Shown here: one piece after another, positions 60,311 to 64,000 of the stretch
Numbering within the stretch: the stretch's first letter is position 1
How the letters are laid out: the number at the start of each line of letters is the position of its first letter
NCBI GenBank assembly: GCA_050108135.1
Contig: JBNIDQ010000006.1
Span: forward strand, 80,758 to 144,757
Direction of reading: 5' to 3'
Source: Candidatus Bathyarchaeia archaeon
GTDB taxonomy: Archaea; Thermoproteota; Bathyarchaeia; Bathyarchaeales; Bathycorpusculaceae
Length of the DNA: 64,000 nt
Translations under genes and position numbers: made by a program
Notes under the pieces: generated by a model
Told to the model about the DNA's origin: nothing
The model's input: the letters and a program-made list of their open reading frames with translations, nothing else
Databases searched by the model: none

Positions 60311-61438
60311 TTACTCGACGCTGAGTTCTTCCCATCGACTGTAATCCACAAGCACCATGAACCTTCGAGCCCTAAACTCCGCGTCTAAGGCTGGGTCGCC
60401 AGTGTCCACTTTGAGACTTTTGAGGTTATGCACTTTACTTGCCGTTGCAACCACAACAATGTTATCCAAGCCTACTTGGCGAATAACTTTTGGGCTGATT
60501 TGCTGGTTGCCCCTGCCAAAAATGAAGCCTTGACCACCAATCAAAGTCACAATAATTTTGGCTGGTTTACCGTTTAGGGCTTGAAGAATCTGCTTCTCAT
60601 TAACGTCCTTTTCAACAATTTTCTTGTTAACAAACAAGTCCACCCCCAGCAAAGTTTTCTTTTGGTCTAAAAGGTCACTAATAGTGCGGGTAGTGGTTCC
60701 GGGACCAAAAATGTAAAGCATTTCAGGCTGCATATTCTCGATAACGTAAACCGCTATGGCTGCTTGATTTCGCACTTCATCCTCCGTTGTAGGACTAGCC
60801 AGTTTACTAACCTGAATTAAATGCGGCTCATACGGACTAAGCACGTACCCAAAAAGCTCCGCTGAAAGTCGCCCTTCCCGAAAAGCCTGCTCATCAACAT
60901 CCATAACCTCCGCCTCACGCAACGGCAATTCACCATTCAAAAACCTGAAAACCACCCGTGCAGCCGCCCTTGGGTTAACCGCAAAAACTGCGCTATGCAT
61001 CTTAACACCAGTAGGTACACCTAAAACTGGCAATTTAGTTTCAACTGCCTTTAGGATGTCGCGTGTTGTGCCGTCACCGCCACAGAAAACCAGCAAATCA
61101 GCTTTAGCATCAACCATGCCTTGAGCTATGACCTTTGTGTCTTCTGAACTTGTCTGTTGACGCTTCTCTCCGACAACAGTGTAAGTGTACCCTTGTTTTT
61201 TTGCTTCCGTTTCTCCCATGTCTCCAGCGCCAACGATAAGGCGAATGTAACCTTTAAGCGGTGCAAGTTCGTTAAGAAAAGCTTCAGCTCTTACTGCAGC
61301 AATAGGTTTGGCTCCAAGTTCTATGGCTTTTTCAAGGATGGCTTTTCCGTCTGTGCCTTTCAAGCCGACGGCTCCGCCCATGCCTGCTATGGGGTTTACG
61401 ATGAAGCCTATGGTTTTTGTTTGAATGTTAGCTGTCAA
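60311..61438 (-). CDS. ATP-NAD kinase (AcoX-like) family protein
   Basis: NPIAGMGG.VGLKGTDG, GGDGT.RD, GVKMHS and GRGNQQIS motifs. Confidence 0.88.
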   Translation of the reverse strand: MTANIQTKTIGFIVNPIAGMGGAVGLKGTDGKAILEKAIELGAKPIAAVRAEAFLNELAPLKGYIRLIVGAGDMGETEAKKQGYTYTVVGEKRQQTSSEDTKVIAQGMVDAKADLLVFCGGDGTTRDILKAVETKLPVLGVPTGVKMHSAVFAVNPRAAARVVFRFLNGELPLREAEVMDVDEQAFREGRLSAELFGYVLSPYEPHLIQVSKLASPTTEDEVRNQAAIAVYVIENMQPEMLYIFGPGTTTRTISDLLDQKKTLLGVDLFVNKKIVEKDVNEKQILQALNGKPAKIIVTLIGGQGFIFGRGNQQISPKVIRQVGLDNIVVVATASKVHNLKSLKVDTGDPALDAEFRARRFMVLVDYSRWEELSVE

Positions 61439-61588
61439 TGCGTATCAACCTCTGTAGTATAGGTGTGTGGTCTTAATAAGAAGTCGAATTGTTTTGTCGA
61501 TAAAAAGTTGCATTCACAAAAGGTGTTAAAAAAATGGTAAGAATTCACAGGTGGCTTATCCACCCGGTGAACCCATGGTTACAGTAGA

Positions 61589-62212
61589 TTATGGCGGAGT
61601 TTGCGCTGGCTGAGTTGGTGGCGTGTAGTTGTATGGTTGGGTTTGGTTGTATTGTTGGAATTGGCGGTTCTTCATGCTGAAGAAACCAATTGTGGCGAAT
61701 ATCCATGAGACGAATATCACCAGTAAGCCTACGCCGATGATTGTTAGTATAGCGCCAATTAGAAGTAGTGTGCCAGCGGTTGCAAGTGTTGCGTCGCCTG
61801 TTTTTTCTGCAAGTACCTCTAAGGTTTTCTTTAGGTATGTTGCGGCAAGCACGTAAAATACGAATGCAATGACTAAGCCTGCGATAGGTGCAATTATGCC
61901 GACGCCTAACCCAGCGGTTAACGCAAATATGCTAGTGAACGGGAATGTTGCAGCCGAGAATAAACCGATTAAGAACACGGTTACAGCTATTGCCACTGCG
62001 ATTATGGCGACGATGTAGTATTTTATGCCTGTCCAAGTGTTTTGGTAGATGCTTTGATCGCCATAATAGTTTGCGAATTCTTTTATGCTTTTTATTAGCA
62101 GAACGATGCCTACTATACCTAATGCCCAACCCGCATAGGGAAGGAAACTGAGTAAGAGCAAGATTGAGCCCACACCGGCTAATGTTTTATTGTTTTCAAA
62201 GTTTGAGTTCAT
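61589..62212 (-). CDS. DUF996 family membrane protein
   Basis: K.LAGVGSIL...GIVLL...KE.A.YY, multiple TM helices, Q/P-rich tail. Confidence 0.8.
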   Translation of the reverse strand: MNSNFENNKTLAGVGSILLLLSFLPYAGWALGIVGIVLLIKSIKEFANYYGDQSIYQNTWTGIKYYIVAIIAVAIAVTVFLIGLFSAATFPFTSIFALTAGLGVGIIAPIAGLVIAFVFYVLAATYLKKTLEVLAEKTGDATLATAGTLLLIGAILTIIGVGLLVIFVSWIFATIGFFSMKNRQFQQYNQTQPYNYTPPTQPAQTPP

Positions 62213-62431
62213 GTTTTATGGTCTCCATTTTTTGAAAACAGTATTACAAAATCGTGATTTAGCCCTAACATTTGAAAGAAAAACCGTTTTTTAGTTCTAT
62301 AAGTTAGAAAATGCGGCTCTAAGAGTTAGAGCTTAAAAAAATGAACAAACTAAAAACACTATTTATTCAATAAAAAATGTTTAGTCCTGCAAAAAGGCAA
62401 GAAAGAAAAAAAGTTAAGAAAACGGGGAATT

Positions 62432-63850
62432 TTATTGTCCGCCGTTGATGTACTTCTTTCGTACATCATTGAGCCATGGGTAAAGTTTCTGAAGTTTCTC
62501 CATTGACTCAGCAACTTTCTCTGCTGGATACTCGCATGGCTGCAGGTTTCCGGCGAAGTATTCACCGTAGGCTGCCATGTCAAAGAATCCGTGACCAGTC
62601 AACACGAAAAGCAACGTTTTTGCCTCACCTGTTTCTTTGCATCTGCGTGCCTCATCAATTACTGCTTTGATTGCGTGTGTAGCTTCTGGTGATGGAATTA
62701 TGCCTTCACTGCGGATGAAAATTTTGGCTGCGTCAAAGGCTTCAATTTGGTTTACTGCTAATGTGTTGATTTGTTTGTATTTTGATAGGACGCTGATGGT
62801 TGGTGCAATGCCGTGGTATCTGAGTCCCCCTGCGTGGATTGGTGCTGGCATGAAGTCATGTCCTAAAGTGTGCATAGGGACAAGTGGTGTTAGTTTTGCT
62901 GTGTCCCCATGGTCGTAAGTGTATTCTCCCTTGGTGACTTTGGGGCAAGCTGTAGGCTCAACTGCGACTAATTGTGTTTCTTTTGCAGCTTTCTTTGCAA
63001 CGCGGTCATGATAGAACGGCCAAATCAAACCTGAGAAGCTGCTGCCTCCACCGATGCATCCGTAGATTGCGTCTGGGTAATCGTCAACCATTTCAAGCTG
63101 CTTCTTTGCTTCTAAGCCTTCAACAGTTTGGTGCAGACACACATGGTTGAACACGCTGCCGATGGTATAGTTGGCTTTTTTGCCTGTTTTGCCGCTTTCT
63201 AAGGAGTCTTCAACGGCTTCACTGATTGCGATGCCTAAAGCGCCTCTGTTTTCTGGGTCTTCTTCAAGAACTTTTCTACCAGCTGCTGTTTGTTTGCTGG
63301 GGCTTGCGAAGACCTCTGCACCATAAGCGTTCATCATCATTTTGCGGTATGGTTTTTGTTCGTAACTGGCTTTTACCATGTAAACAGTTGCTTTTATTCC
63401 GAACATAGCAGCAGCAAATGAGAGTGCTGAACCCCATTGACCTGCACCGGTTTCGGTGGTTACGCGTTCAATGCCTTCTTTCATGTTGTAATATGCTTGC
63501 GGTACAGCGCTGTTGGATTTGTGGCTGCCTGCTGGGCTTACACCTTCATATTTGTAGTAGATTTTTGCTGGTGTTTTAAGTGCTTTTTCAAAGCCTACAG
63601 CTCGGAAGAGTGGTGATGGTCTCCACAAGCGGTAGATTTCTCGGACTTCGTCTGGGACGTCTATCCAGCGTTCTTGGCTGATTTCTTGTCCGATAATTGA
63701 TTTGGGGAAAATTTGTGGTACTATGCCGACGCCTGGCTCTTTTGTTGCAGGGTCGATGAATGGTGGAAGTGGGTGTGGAAGGTCTGGTACTATGTTGTAC
63801 CATTGCTTTGGGATGTCTTCTTCTTTTAGTAAAATTTTTCGGGTTATCAT
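62432..63850 (-). CDS. trpB2: Type II tryptophan synthase beta (TrpB2)
   Basis: IPKQWYN, WRPSPL.RA, GSHKSN (PLP-Lys), TETGAGQWG and [10 protein letters not shown] motifs. Confidence 0.95.
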   Translation of the reverse strand: MITRKILLKEEDIPKQWYNIVPDLPHPLPPFIDPATKEPGVGIVPQIFPKSIIGQEISQERWIDVPDEVREIYRLWRPSPLFRAVGFEKALKTPAKIYYKYEGVSPAGSHKSNSAVPQAYYNMKEGIERVTTETGAGQWGSALSFAAAMFGIKATVYMVKASYEQKPYRKMMMNAYGAEVFASPSKQTAAGRKVLEEDPENRGALGIAISEAVEDSLESGKTGKKANYTIGSVFNHVCLHQTVEGLEAKKQLEMVDDYPDAIYGCIGGGSSFSGLIWPFYHDRVAKKAAKETQLVAVEPTACPKVTKGEYTYDHGDTAKLTPLVPMHTLGHDFMPAPIHAGGLRYHGIAPTISVLSKYKQINTLAVNQIEAFDAAKIFIRSEGIIPSPEATHAIKAVIDEARRCKETGEAKTLLFVLTGHGFFDMAAYGEYFAGNLQPCEYPAEKVAESMEKLQKLYPWLNDVRKKYINGGQ

Positions 63851-64000
63851 GTTTCTTCTTTCCCGGATTAGCTGTGAAATGTTGTTTCACGCTTTATTTA
63901 AGCTTTTCAGTACATGAACGTACGAAACTGTACATTTGCTTGCTTTGAAACCAAAATCCAAATTAACACTTTTATACTTAAACGCACAAAAACATACACG

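Noticed and set aside
61545-61572. Hairpin TTCAC-A-GGTGG/CCACC-CG-GTGAA after the DUF996 gene
   Set aside because: A single short stem right after a stop codon is most simply a transcript-end structure; no other copies were seen.
63588-63948. Small ORFs overlapping the trpB2 start, and the many other antisense or nested ORFs in the track
   Set aside because: They are shadow ORFs of well-supported genes, with no motifs or independent signals.

Overview
Archaeal chromosomal DNA. Gene content (class I LysRS, archaeal histone, rpS17e/rpS25e, PAC2, TrmB, a Tes-like radical SAM enzyme, many signal-peptide/NosD and PQQ-propeller surface proteins) suggests Bathyarchaeia; this is inferred, not database-checked. 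The backbone carries a his operon (hisG-D-C-B-H-A-F-I, no hisE), gap-pgk, tldD-pmbA, a GH57/GT4 alpha-glucan cluster, ino1, gcvH plus a flavoprotein, trpB2, tRNA-Arg(GCG), initiator tRNA-Met and a probable C/D-box sRNA. The most interesting signal is non-coding. (i) A dispersed ~55-bp repeat with core GCAGAAACCTATAGGGGGTAGG occurs as 5 full and 2-3 partial copies. (ii) A 24-bp GTCAA-N6-TTGAC operator sits just upstream of the TATA box of all three NosD-type beta-helix surface-protein genes. (iii) Two modules (12.6-14.15 kb and 49.9-52.0 kb) have near-identical non-coding flanks, including a captured GH57 5' end, but highly divergent surface-protein cargo. A third such gene lies in a decayed integrase element inserted at tRNA-Arg. 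Together these suggest a co-regulated, swappable surface-protein cassette system. No CRISPR array or rRNA gene was seen.
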